This document shows positions 55,424 to 64,000 of a DNA stretch of 64,000 nucleotides, piece after piece. Under the pieces are notes generated by a model that was given only the letters and a program-made list of their open reading frames with translations, ran no database searches and had not been told where the DNA came from. The first letter of the stretch is position 1. Each line of letters begins with the position of its first letter. The position numbers and the translations under genes are program-made. This stretch comes from Vicinamibacterales bacterium (GTDB lineage: Bacteria; Acidobacteriota; Vicinamibacteria; Vicinamibacterales; UBA8438): positions 819,579-883,578 of the forward strand of contig CBDCTP010000003.1 of the NCBI GenBank assembly GCA_965222265.1, in the 5' to 3' direction.

Positions 55424-56311
55424 ATGACGACTTCTAGCACCCGGTGGCGGGTGAGCGCGCGGACCGTGATTCTCCTTACGGCGGCCGTGACGCTCTCCAC
55501 GCTGACCGCAACCAGTGGCCAGACCATCATCTACGAGCGCGGTCAGAACGTCGTGCCGGCCTTCGAGGGTTGGGAGCAGAACCCGGACGGGACGTTCGAT
55601 CTCATCTTCGGCTACATGAACCGGAACTCCCGGGAGAAGGTCCACATTCCGGTTGGCCCGAACAACTACCTCGAGCCGGGTCCGGAGGACCAGGGGCAGC
55701 CGACCTTCTTCCAGCCGCGTCGCAACCGCTACATGTTCCGCATCACCGTGCCGCCCGACTTCGGGACGCAGGAGATCGCGTGGACCCTGACCCACCGCGG
55801 CAGGACCGAGCAGGCGTTCGGCAGCCTGAAGCCCGACTACGTGAACGACTCGCCGCTGATGCAGAAGGACGTCGGCGGCCTGCGCGCGGAGCGGGAGCTG
55901 AACCAGCCCCCCGTGGTGGACATCGACGGGCCGGACAACGTGTCCGTGCCGGTGGGCGAGCCGCTCGTGCTGACCGCAGTCGCGACGGACGACGACATTC
56001 CGCCGCGCCGGCCGGCGTCGTCGCGCGTGCCCGTGAACTACAACGCCTGGGGCCTGCGGCTGGCCTGGATCGTGTGGCGCGGGGACGGCAACCAGGTGAC
56101 GTTCGATCCCGGGCAGTTCGACATCCACCCCAACTACGACGGCAACTCGCCCTGGTCACCGGGTTGGGAGCCGCCGCCGCTGCCGCTCGACGATCGGTTC
56201 GAGGTGGCGGCGATCTTCCACGAGCCGGGCACCTACGTGCTGCGTGCCTACGCGCATGACGGCGGGCTGGCGTCCGCCCGCGACGTGACGGTGACTGTCG
56301 GCGGCGGGTAG
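55424..56311 (+). CDS. Secreted hypothetical protein with a C-terminal Ig/PKD-like segment
   Basis: Signal anchor then ...NQPPVVDIDGPDNVSVPVGEPLVLTAVATDDD...; only the last 888 nt of track ORF 54143..56311 are credible. Confidence 0.5.
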   Translation: MTTSSTRWRVSARTVILLTAAVTLSTLTATSGQTIIYERGQNVVPAFEGWEQNPDGTFDLIFGYMNRNSREKVHIPVGPNNYLEPGPEDQGQPTFFQPRRNRYMFRITVPPDFGTQEIAWTLTHRGRTEQAFGSLKPDYVNDSPLMQKDVGGLRAERELNQPPVVDIDGPDNVSVPVGEPLVLTAVATDDDIPPRRPASSRVPVNYNAWGLRLAWIVWRGDGNQVTFDPGQFDIHPNYDGNSPWSPGWEPPPLPLDDRFEVAAIFHEPGTYVLRAYAHDGGLASARDVTVTVGGG

Positions 56312-56343
56312 GCGCCGGTTGCCGCGGACCGGGAGGTGAATCG

Positions 56344-57756
56344 ATGAGGGAATCCATGTGGAGCTCCGGCAGGGCGGTCGTTTGCTGTCTGCCGGTCGCG
56401 TTCGCCCTTGCTGGTGCGGCCTTCGCGCCGGCGGCTGCCGCGGAGCGCGAGAGCGAGGTCACGTTCAGCAGGCACATCGCCCCGATCCTGCAGCGGTCGT
56501 GCGAGAACTGCCACCGCCCGCAGGGCGCCGCGCCCATGCCGCTGATCAGCTACGAGGACGTCCGCCCCTGGGCGCGCGCCATCCGGAACCGGACCGAGGC
56601 CCGCGAGATGCCGCCCTGGTTCATCGACAAGAACATCGGCATCCAGCGGTTCAAGGACGACCCGTCGCTGAGCGACGAGCAGATCGCGACCATTGCGGCC
56701 TGGGTGGACGGCGGAGCCCCGCGCGGCAATCCGGCCGATCTGCCGCCGCCAATCGAATGGCCGTCCGACGGCTGGACCTACGGTACCCCGGATCTGATCG
56801 TGCCGTCGCCCGAGGGGATCGTCGAAGCCGACGCCGCCGACTGGTTCGGTGAGTGGGGCGAGACGCTCACCGGGCTGACCGCCGACCGCTACATCAAGGC
56901 GGTGGAGGTGAAGGAGGTCAGGCTCGAGGAAGGGCCGCAGGCCAAGGTCGACGATGCCGGCCGGGCCGACCTGAGCCTGTTCGTCGTGCATCATGCGGTC
57001 ATCACGTCGGACATGCCGCAAAACGTGGTGGAGCCGCTCGATTGCGGGAACGAGACCTCCTGCGGGGGTTACGACGACCAGCTCCGCCTGACATACGAGC
57101 TGGGCCAGAACCCCACGATCTTTCCGGACGAAATGGGCGTCAAGCTGCCGGCGGGCGCGGTGCTCACGTTCAATTCCATGCACCTGCACTCCATCGGGCG
57201 CGAGGTGCGCGCGCGGGTCGACGTCGGCCTGACGCTGCACCCGGAAGATTACGTGCCGCGTTACCAGCAGAGCACGGGCGGCTTCAGCGGCGTCAACATG
57301 TTCGACTACGAGTTCGACATCCCGTCGAACGACGACAACGTGATGCGGGACGGATTCCACCGCGTCACGAAGCCGACGAAGATGCTGATGTTCGAGCCGC
57401 ACCTGCATTCGAGCGGCAAGCGGATGTGCGTGGAGGCCATCTACCCGAACAACGCGCGGGAGATGCTGAGCTGCGCGAACTACGACCACAACTGGGTGAA
57501 GGTCTACACCTACGAGGACGACGTCGCGCCGCTCCTGCCGGCGGACACGCTCATCCACGTGATGGCGTGGTACAACAACTCGCCCTCGAACAGGAACGTG
57601 GTCGATCCGCGCAACTGGAAGGGCTACGGGAACCGCTCGATCGACGACATGTTCTTCAGCATCACGCGCACGATCGAGCTGACCGAGGAGGAGTTCCAGG
57701 CGGAGGTCGCCGCGCGCGGCGGCACGCCGATCTTCGCGGCGTCGCAGGATCAGTAG
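56344..57756 (+). CDS. Cytochrome c fused to a PHM/DBH-like copper-monooxygenase-type domain (paralogue 3)
   Basis: Nearly identical by eye to paralogue 2; ends AASQDQ. Confidence 0.6.
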   Translation: MRESMWSSGRAVVCCLPVAFALAGAAFAPAAAAERESEVTFSRHIAPILQRSCENCHRPQGAAPMPLISYEDVRPWARAIRNRTEAREMPPWFIDKNIGIQRFKDDPSLSDEQIATIAAWVDGGAPRGNPADLPPPIEWPSDGWTYGTPDLIVPSPEGIVEADAADWFGEWGETLTGLTADRYIKAVEVKEVRLEEGPQAKVDDAGRADLSLFVVHHAVITSDMPQNVVEPLDCGNETSCGGYDDQLRLTYELGQNPTIFPDEMGVKLPAGAVLTFNSMHLHSIGREVRARVDVGLTLHPEDYVPRYQQSTGGFSGVNMFDYEFDIPSNDDNVMRDGFHRVTKPTKMLMFEPHLHSSGKRMCVEAIYPNNAREMLSCANYDHNWVKVYTYEDDVAPLLPADTLIHVMAWYNNSPSNRNVVDPRNWKGYGNRSIDDMFFSITRTIELTEEEFQAEVAARGGTPIFAASQDQ

Positions 57757-57759
57757 GGG

Positions 57760-57856
57760 CTTCAATCAGACGGGGCTGCGCCCCGAGCCCCCGGCGTTCG
57801 CTTGCGGGGACCCCTTCCGCCCCGCGCCGCTTCCGCCGAGGCGCGCTGTGCGCGCC
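57760..57856 (+). repeat. Single copy of the ~94-bp repeat family (forward orientation)
   Basis: CTTCAATCAGACGGGGCTGCGCCCCGAGCCCCCGGCGTTCGCTTGCGGGGACCCCTTCCGCCCCGCGCC...; starts 4 nt after the stop codon. Confidence 0.9.
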
Positions 57857-57904
57857 TTGCGGAGTCTGCACCGTAGAACGGTGCAGACTCCTGGCGCCTT
57901 CCGC

Positions 57905-59134
57905 TCACCGGCCGCTCTCGTTCGCCGCTTCCCACGCCTCGAGCTGCTCCCGCTTCGCCTCGAGCTCGCCCAGGCGCACGTTGCGCTCGCGCGCCGCCTC
58001 GTCGAGGGCCCACGCCCGGTCGACCCGCGCGCCGCGGATGGCGCCGACCATGCCGTAGTTGTGCTCGTGGCAGGCGTACTCGAACAGCCGGTCCTGGTTG
58101 CCCTCGGTGGTCCACGAGTCGAGCGCGAAGTAGTTGACGGCCGTCCACGGGCTCACGAACACCTGCGGGTCGTCCACCGTGTACTGGTACTCGAGCGTCT
58201 CGTGGTCGATGCGCCGGAAGCGCTCGGTCAGGCGGAACGTCTCGCCGGTGCCCGGGTAGTAGTGCACGTGGGCGGAGCCGCCGAACGGTCCGCCGTGGCC
58301 CGGCACGACGTTGTTGACGGTGTTCTTGAAGTTGGCGGTCTCGACGACCAGCGTGTCGCCTTCCCAGCGGCCCCGCGGGTCGCCGTTCCACTGCTTGATG
58401 GCGTCGCCGATCGGCGCCGGCTGCCTCACCGGAACGATCCGCACGTAGCCGTACGGCATGACGATGCTGACGTAACCCGGCGTCTGGACGATCTCCTTGG
58501 TGGGCTGCTGGTTGCTGCCCATCATCTCGCCCGGCAGGCCGTTGCGCACGATGCAGCGTTCCGACAGGCCGCGGTCCTCCCAGTCGTCCCCCTGGCTGCG
58601 CTCGCTGCGCGCCTCCTCGCGCGCCTCCCAGGTGTCCAGCGCGCCCCGCGTCAGCGCCGGCATCCGCCCGTCCGCCGGATCGATGATCTGGGACGTGCGC
58701 AGCGAGATCCGTGGCGCGGTCGGGTCGGCGCTCCAGAAGGCGTTGTACTCGGCGCCCGCGAGCCGGTATCCGGGCTGGCCTTCGTCCGGCCGGTCCGCCC
58801 GGGCGTAGCGCGCGATGTCCTGCTCGACGAGGTTCTCGGCGATGGCGTCGTCGTCGTCGGTCACCACCCGGCGGAGTCCGAGCCGCTCGCGCTCGGCCGC
58901 CTCCGCCTCCGTCATGAACTCGCGCATGCCGAACTCGGGCGGCCGCTCGAGCGGCGTGTACGTGCGGGTATCCCACATGCCTTGCAGGTCCGGATCGCCC
59001 CACGGGGTGCGGGGCGCCGTGTAGCCGGTCGAATCCGCGCCGGGCGACTGGCCCGCCAGCGACACGGGCGCCAGCCCTGCCGCGATTGCCAGAACCGCCG
59101 CGATCCCTGTTGCTGCGAATAGCTGATTTCGCAC
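57905..59134 (-). CDS. Secreted hypothetical protein (long paralogue)
   Basis: Signal peptide; core ...RWEGDTLVVETANF...FRLTERFRRIDHETLEYQYTVDDPQVFVSPWT... shared with 59165..60034. Confidence 0.5.
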   Translation of the reverse strand: MRNQLFAATGIAAVLAIAAGLAPVSLAGQSPGADSTGYTAPRTPWGDPDLQGMWDTRTYTPLERPPEFGMREFMTEAEAAERERLGLRRVVTDDDDAIAENLVEQDIARYARADRPDEGQPGYRLAGAEYNAFWSADPTAPRISLRTSQIIDPADGRMPALTRGALDTWEAREEARSERSQGDDWEDRGLSERCIVRNGLPGEMMGSNQQPTKEIVQTPGYVSIVMPYGYVRIVPVRQPAPIGDAIKQWNGDPRGRWEGDTLVVETANFKNTVNNVVPGHGGPFGGSAHVHYYPGTGETFRLTERFRRIDHETLEYQYTVDDPQVFVSPWTAVNYFALDSWTTEGNQDRLFEYACHEHNYGMVGAIRGARVDRAWALDEAARERNVRLGELEAKREQLEAWEAANESGR

Positions 59135-59164
59135 CGCTTCACCTTCCTTGAATGGCCCTACTCC

Positions 59165-60034
59165 CTACTGACCGGCTCCCTCGAGCAGGCCGCCGTAGAT
59201 GTACTCCTCAGCGAGGTCCACGCACTTGAACTCCAGCAGCCTGACGTTCTCCTCGATACGCCGATAGAGCGGGAAGCTGATCGTCCACGGCCGCGTGAAG
59301 ACCCGCGGGTCTTCGATCGTGGCTTCGTACTGCAGGTGGTAGGGACTGATGGGCGTGTAGCGCTCGACGACGTGGAGCTGCGCGCTGTGGTGGTTGCCCG
59401 CCCGGTCGAGCCAGGGCAGGTCGTGAAACCCCGTCACGTCGACGACCAGCGTGTCGCCGTCCCAGGAACCGTTCGACCAGCCCATCCAGAAGTCGATCGG
59501 CGGCTCCGTGGGCCGCCCGATCGGGATGGTGCGATTGGCGTTGGCGAACTGATAGGCGATGACGATCCGGTCCGTGCTCTGGATGATCTGGAACGGATAC
59601 GGCATGTACGCCGCGCGCGGCACCCCCGGCATGTAGCACTTGGCCTCGGGATCGCCGACCGTGTTGAGATTGTCGACGTCGACCTCCAGGCGCCGGCCGA
59701 AGTTCGCCTCGCGCTTGGCCACGGCCTCCGGCCGGTACGGTATCTCCCCGCCGCGGACGATGCTCTGGCCCGGCGGCTGCGCACCCCACATGCCGAGCAT
59801 GGTCGGCAACGGTCCCGCCTCGGCGCCGTGGTCCTCGATGTTCCAGTTCGCCGTGACGAACGCCTGCCAGATGCCCGTCAGGTCCGGATGCGACGTGCCG
59901 GGCAGACGGGGGGCTCGATAGACCTGAACCTGGCCCGAGGCCGATCCCGCGGCGAGCCACAGGGCGCCGGCCGCGCCCACGGCGACCAGGAGTACCGCTG
60001 CGGTGAAACCCCTGAGGCGAAATCCGATGTTCAT
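59165..60034 (-). CDS. Secreted hypothetical protein (short paralogue)
   Basis: ...SWDGDTLVVDVTGF...LHVVERYTPISPYHLQYEATIEDPRVFTRPWT... Confidence 0.5.
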   Translation of the reverse strand: MNIGFRLRGFTAAVLLVAVGAAGALWLAAGSASGQVQVYRAPRLPGTSHPDLTGIWQAFVTANWNIEDHGAEAGPLPTMLGMWGAQPPGQSIVRGGEIPYRPEAVAKREANFGRRLEVDVDNLNTVGDPEAKCYMPGVPRAAYMPYPFQIIQSTDRIVIAYQFANANRTIPIGRPTEPPIDFWMGWSNGSWDGDTLVVDVTGFHDLPWLDRAGNHHSAQLHVVERYTPISPYHLQYEATIEDPRVFTRPWTISFPLYRRIEENVRLLEFKCVDLAEEYIYGGLLEGAGQ

Positions 60035-60229
60035 CGTGATACGACCTCCTCTCCGGGAGCACGGGTGCTCCGAGTGACCCTATAGCCGACCCCTCCCCCC
60101 CGGTCAAGAAGATTCGGCCGGCAGGCCCGAGCCCGCAGCGCCTTGCATTGGCCTCCGCGGCATGTAACGATGACGCTCTGGAGAACCTGGGCGCCGCACG
60201 GTCTCGCGGCCCGAGTGGCGGTTCCCGCA

Positions 60230-62701
60230 ATGACTGCAGAACGGTTCCATCGTACGTGCCTGGCGGCGGCGGCAGTCTGCGCCGCGCTGGTTGCCCCGCT
60301 CCGGGCGCAGCAGCCCGACGACCCCGCCCACGCGTACCGGGCGGTCGTCGAACGCTACTGCGTGGCCTGCCACAACGCGCGCCAGCTGACGGCCGGTCTT
60401 GCCCTCGACACACTGGACATGGACGCCGTGGGCGACCATGCCGAGGTGTGGGAGAAGGTGGTGCGCAAGCTCCGGGGGCGCCTGATGCCTCCGGCGGGCC
60501 GGCCGCGGCCGGCCCGAGAGACGTACGACGGCTTCGCCGCCTGGCTCGAAGCGGATCTCGATCGGGCCGGCGCGGAGGCTCCCAATCCCGGCCGCCCGGT
60601 GTTTCATCGGCTCAACCGGGTGCAGTACGGCAATGCGGCCCGCGACCTGCTGGGGGTGGACGCCGAGCATGCGGCGTCGCTCGTGCCGCCGAACGCGTCG
60701 ACGCACGGGTTCGACAACGTCGCCGCGGTGCTGGGCGTTGATCCGACCCTGATCGAGCGCTACCTGTCCGCCGCGCGCAAGATCAGCGCGCTGGCAATCG
60801 GCGATTCCGGGGCCCGTCCCGCGCCGGTGACCTACCGCGCCCCGGTCGATCTCACGCAGGACGACCACCTCGACGGGATGCCGTTCGGCACGCGCGGCGG
60901 CCTGCGCGCGCGCCACCACTTTCCGGTCGACGGGGAGTACTACATCCGGGCCAAGCTCGGCCGCAACGTCCACGAGCTGATCCGCGGCCTCAACGACCAC
61001 CACGAGGTCGAATTCAGCCTGGACGGCGAGCGGCTCGCGGCATTCCCCATCGGCGGGCTCGGCCCGGGCACCGGCGAGCGCCCCGACTACGACAGCCACC
61101 GCCACGGCGACTACCGCACGGCGGACTTCGAGGTTCGCGCGCCCGTGACCGCCGGGCTGCATGAGGTCGTCGTCACGTTTCCCAAGACGAGCGCGGCCCA
61201 GCTCGAGGACCGCCCGCCGACGCTCGTCGGCGTGCCGCTCCAGGGGCCGGCGCTGCGCCAGCCGTTCGTCAAGGCCTACGTGCACTACTTCGAGGACGGG
61301 TTGCCCTACATCACCCGCATGGACATCGAGGGTCCGCGCGGCGTGACCGGCCCCGGAGACACCGCGAGCCGCCGGCGCATCTTCGTCTGCCATCCGCAGC
61401 GGATCGCCGACGAGCCGGCCTGCGCCCGTGCGATCGCGGCTGCACTGGCCCGTCGGGCGTGGCGCCGTCCCGTCGGCGACGCGGACGTGGCGGAGCTGTT
61501 GCAGTTCTACGAGGCGGAGCGTGGCCGGGGCGGCGGGTTCGAAGCGGGCATCCGCATGGTCGTGCGCGCGCTGCTCGTGAGCCGGGAGTTCCTGTTCCGG
61601 GTGGAGCAGGAGCCGGCGGGCATCGCGCCCGGCACGCCGTATCGGCTCGACGCCCACGAGCTGGCGTCGCGTCTCTCGTTCTTCCTGTGGAGCAGCATCC
61701 CGGACGACGAGCTGCTCGCGCGCGCCGCGGACGACTCGCTGCGCGACCCGGCCGAGCTCGAGCGCCAGGTGCGCCGGATGCTCGCCGACGAGCGCTCCCG
61801 GGCGCTCGTGGGGAACTTCGCCGGGCAGTGGCTCCACCTGCGGAACCTGCGGTTCGCGCAGCCGCACCCGCTCTCGTTCCCCGACTTCGACGACAACCTG
61901 CGGCAGGCGATGCGGCGCGAGACGGAGCTGCTCTTCGAGACCGTCCTGCGGGAGGATCGGAGCGTCGCCGAGCTGCTGACCGCGGACTACACGTTCCTCA
62001 ACGACCGGCTGGCGCGCCACTACGGGATTCCGAACGTGAACGGCAGCCACTTCCGGCGGGTGCGGCTTGGCGATCAGGCGCGGCGGGGGCTGATCACCCA
62101 CGGGAGCGTTCTGACGGTCACCTCCCATCCCACCCGCACGGCGCCGGTGCTGCGCGGCAAGTGGATTCTCGAGAACATCCTGGGCACGCCGCCCCCGGCG
62201 CCGCCGCCGGACGTCCCGGACCTCCAGGAGAAGAACGCCGAGGGGCGGGTCCTGTCGATGCGCGAGCGCATGGAGCAGCACCGCGCGAATCCGGTCTGCG
62301 CCAGCTGCCACGCACAGATGGATCCGCTGGGGCTGTCACTCGAGCCGTTCAACGCGGTCGGCGAAGCCCGCACCCGCAGCGAGTCGAACGGCCCGATTGA
62401 CGCCTCCGGCGTGATGCCCGACGGCACCGAGTTCGACGGTCCGGCCGGCCTGCGGAGCCTGCTGGCGGGCGACGCCGAGCGCTTCGTGCACACGCTGATC
62501 GAGAAGCTGCTCACCTACGCCCTCGGCCGCGGCCTGGAGTACTACGACGCGCCGACAGTCCGTGCGATTCTCCGCGAGGCCGCCCGCGACGACTACACCT
62601 TCTCGTCGATCGTGCTGGAGGTCGTTCGCAGCGTGCCGTTCCAGATGCGCCTGTCGTCGGAGGCGCCGACGCCGGAGAGCACGATCGCGGCCGTGCGCTG
62701 A
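60230..62701 (+). CDS. DUF1592-type multi-domain protein with cytochrome-c motifs (second copy; start uncertain, 60143-60230)
   Basis: VVERYCVACHNARQLTAGL and NPVCASCHAQMDPLGL; colinear with 45161..47608. Confidence 0.75.
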   Translation: MTAERFHRTCLAAAAVCAALVAPLRAQQPDDPAHAYRAVVERYCVACHNARQLTAGLALDTLDMDAVGDHAEVWEKVVRKLRGRLMPPAGRPRPARETYDGFAAWLEADLDRAGAEAPNPGRPVFHRLNRVQYGNAARDLLGVDAEHAASLVPPNASTHGFDNVAAVLGVDPTLIERYLSAARKISALAIGDSGARPAPVTYRAPVDLTQDDHLDGMPFGTRGGLRARHHFPVDGEYYIRAKLGRNVHELIRGLNDHHEVEFSLDGERLAAFPIGGLGPGTGERPDYDSHRHGDYRTADFEVRAPVTAGLHEVVVTFPKTSAAQLEDRPPTLVGVPLQGPALRQPFVKAYVHYFEDGLPYITRMDIEGPRGVTGPGDTASRRRIFVCHPQRIADEPACARAIAAALARRAWRRPVGDADVAELLQFYEAERGRGGGFEAGIRMVVRALLVSREFLFRVEQEPAGIAPGTPYRLDAHELASRLSFFLWSSIPDDELLARAADDSLRDPAELERQVRRMLADERSRALVGNFAGQWLHLRNLRFAQPHPLSFPDFDDNLRQAMRRETELLFETVLREDRSVAELLTADYTFLNDRLARHYGIPNVNGSHFRRVRLGDQARRGLITHGSVLTVTSHPTRTAPVLRGKWILENILGTPPPAPPPDVPDLQEKNAEGRVLSMRERMEQHRANPVCASCHAQMDPLGLSLEPFNAVGEARTRSESNGPIDASGVMPDGTEFDGPAGLRSLLAGDAERFVHTLIEKLLTYALGRGLEYYDAPTVRAILREAARDDYTFSSIVLEVVRSVPFQMRLSSEAPTPESTIAAVR

Positions 62702-62733
62702 GAAGCGAGAGCTGAAGGAGAGAGAGTCGGGCT

Positions 62734-64000
62734 CATGTTCATCACCAGGAAGTCGTTGCCTCGGCGGACGGTGCTGCGGGGCATGGGCGCGACGCTGGCC
62801 CTGCCGCTGCTCGACGCGATGGTGCCGGCGCTGTCGGCCGTGTCGAGGACGGCCGCGCGGCCGGTGAGCCGGGCGGGTTTCGTCTACGTCCCCAACGGTG
62901 CGGTCATCGACGAGGCGGCGCACGGCGTCGACGCGTGGTCGCCGATCGGCGAGGGCTCGCGCTTCGAGCTCTCCCCGATCCTCGAGCCCCTGGCGCCGGT
63001 GCGCGACCGGCTCGTCGTTCTCTCCGGGCTCGATCACCCGATGGCGCGGTCGATGGGCGACGGGGCCGGCGATCACGCCCGGGGCACGGCGACCTGGCTG
63101 ACCGGGGTGCACCCCAAGAAGACCGAGGGGATCGACGTGCGGGCCGGCACCACCGCGGACCAGTTCATCGCCGCGGAGTTCGGCCGCGAGACCCGGCTGC
63201 CGTCGCTGGAGGTCTCGCTCGAGTCGCCCGAGCGGGTCGGCAACTGCGAGGTGGGCTACAGCTGCCAGTACCTGTACACGATCTCCTGGCGCACGCCGAC
63301 GACGCCTCTGCCGATGGAGAACAATCCCCGCGTGGTCTTCGAGCGGCTGTTCGGAGAGGGCGGCACGGCCGCCGAGCGGCTGGCCGAGAGCCAGCGCGAC
63401 CGCAGCATCCTCGACTGGGTGACCGGCGACATCGCGGATCTGCGCCGGGAGCTCGGCGCGGTCGACCAGCTGCGCGTCACCGAGTACTTCGACAGCGTGC
63501 GCGAGGTCGAGCGCCGCATCCAGATGAGCGAGCGCGAGGGCGATACCGTCGCGTTGGAGCTGCCGCCGCAGCCGATGGGGATTCCCGACAGCTTCGAGGA
63601 CCACATCAAGCTGATGTACGACCTGCTGGTGCTGGCCTGGCAGGCCGACATCACGCGCGTCGGCGCGTTCCAGATCTCCTACGAGACCAGCTCGCGCACG
63701 TATCCCCAGATCGGCGTGGCCAACTCGCACCACTCGCTGTCGCACCACGCGCAGAACGAGGAGAACATCGCGAAGCTGATCAGGATCAACACGTACCACA
63801 TTGCGATGCTCACGTACTTCCTCGAGAAGCTGCGCGCGACGCCCGACGGCGACGGCAACCTGCTGGACAACTCGCTGGTGCTGTACGGCGGCAGCATGAG
63901 CGACGGGAACGACCACAGCCACTACCCGTTGCCGTGCCTGCTCGCCGGCGGGGCGGCCGGCCGGCTCGCCGGCGGCCGGCACCTGCGCTACACGGACCGG
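62734..64000 (+). CDS. DUF1552-family protein (second copy, 3' end beyond window)
   Basis: Own translation from the ATG at 62734: MFITRKSLPRRTVLRGMGATLALPLLDAMVP...; the frame is open to the window end, so it is absent from the ORF track. Confidence 0.8.

Noticed and set aside
54143-56311. 722-aa ORF as a single gene
   Set aside because: Its first ~1280 nt are an alternative frame of cytochrome/copper-domain paralogue 2. Only the part from the ATG at 55424 (signal anchor onward) is plausible.
60104-63982. 735-aa and 548-aa minus-strand ORFs (60104..62311 and 62336..63982)
   Set aside because: They are antisense to the second DUF1592/DUF1552 pair, which is colinear with the first pair. They show the compositional artefact pattern.

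Overview
High-GC (roughly 68-70% by eye) bacterial chromosomal window. The gene content (CarboxypepD_reg TonB receptor, DUF1592/DUF1552 pairs, many c-type cytochromes) is typical of soil Acidobacteriota, Gemmatimonadota or Planctomycetota-like genomes, but I cannot assign a taxon. About half of the supplied ORF track is antisense or off-frame shadow ORFs. Four blocks stand out. (1) 1-20.7 kb is a stress and respiration neighbourhood: beta-carbonic anhydrase, a sigma-54 enhancer-binding response regulator facing a near-consensus -24/-12 promoter in front of a pentaheme cytochrome, four universal-stress-protein genes, three CBS-domain genes, a VIT1 transporter, cytochrome c', a macro-domain protein, and an octaheme HAO-like/NrfH pair. 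Two unrelated IS21 elements split a tandem USP gene and a CBS gene, and both genes can be rebuilt in frame. (2) 21-29 kb is a decayed integrative and defence island: integrase pseudogene, tRNA-like remnant, one dead and one intact vapBC pair, a helicase-DUF1998-PLD (DISARM-like) module riddled with internal deletions, and an ABC-type ATPase with a DUF4276 partner. (3) 29-45 kb holds an amidohydrolase, another PIN pair, an IS5-family insertion in a divergent promoter, a TonB receptor followed by a 4x ~94-bp tandem repeat, a DUF4097 protein, a hexanucleotide microsatellite, a DUF5131(Gp37/Gp68)-TcmP cassette split by IS630, and a secreted ankyrin protein. (4) 45-64 kb contains two DUF1592/DUF1552 pairs bracketing a thiolase, a soluble PQQ dehydrogenase and three tandem paralogues of a cytochrome c fused to a PHM/DBH-like copper-monooxygenase-type domain. 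No rRNA, functional tRNA or CRISPR array was seen. All homology calls are motif recognition by eye, not database searches.
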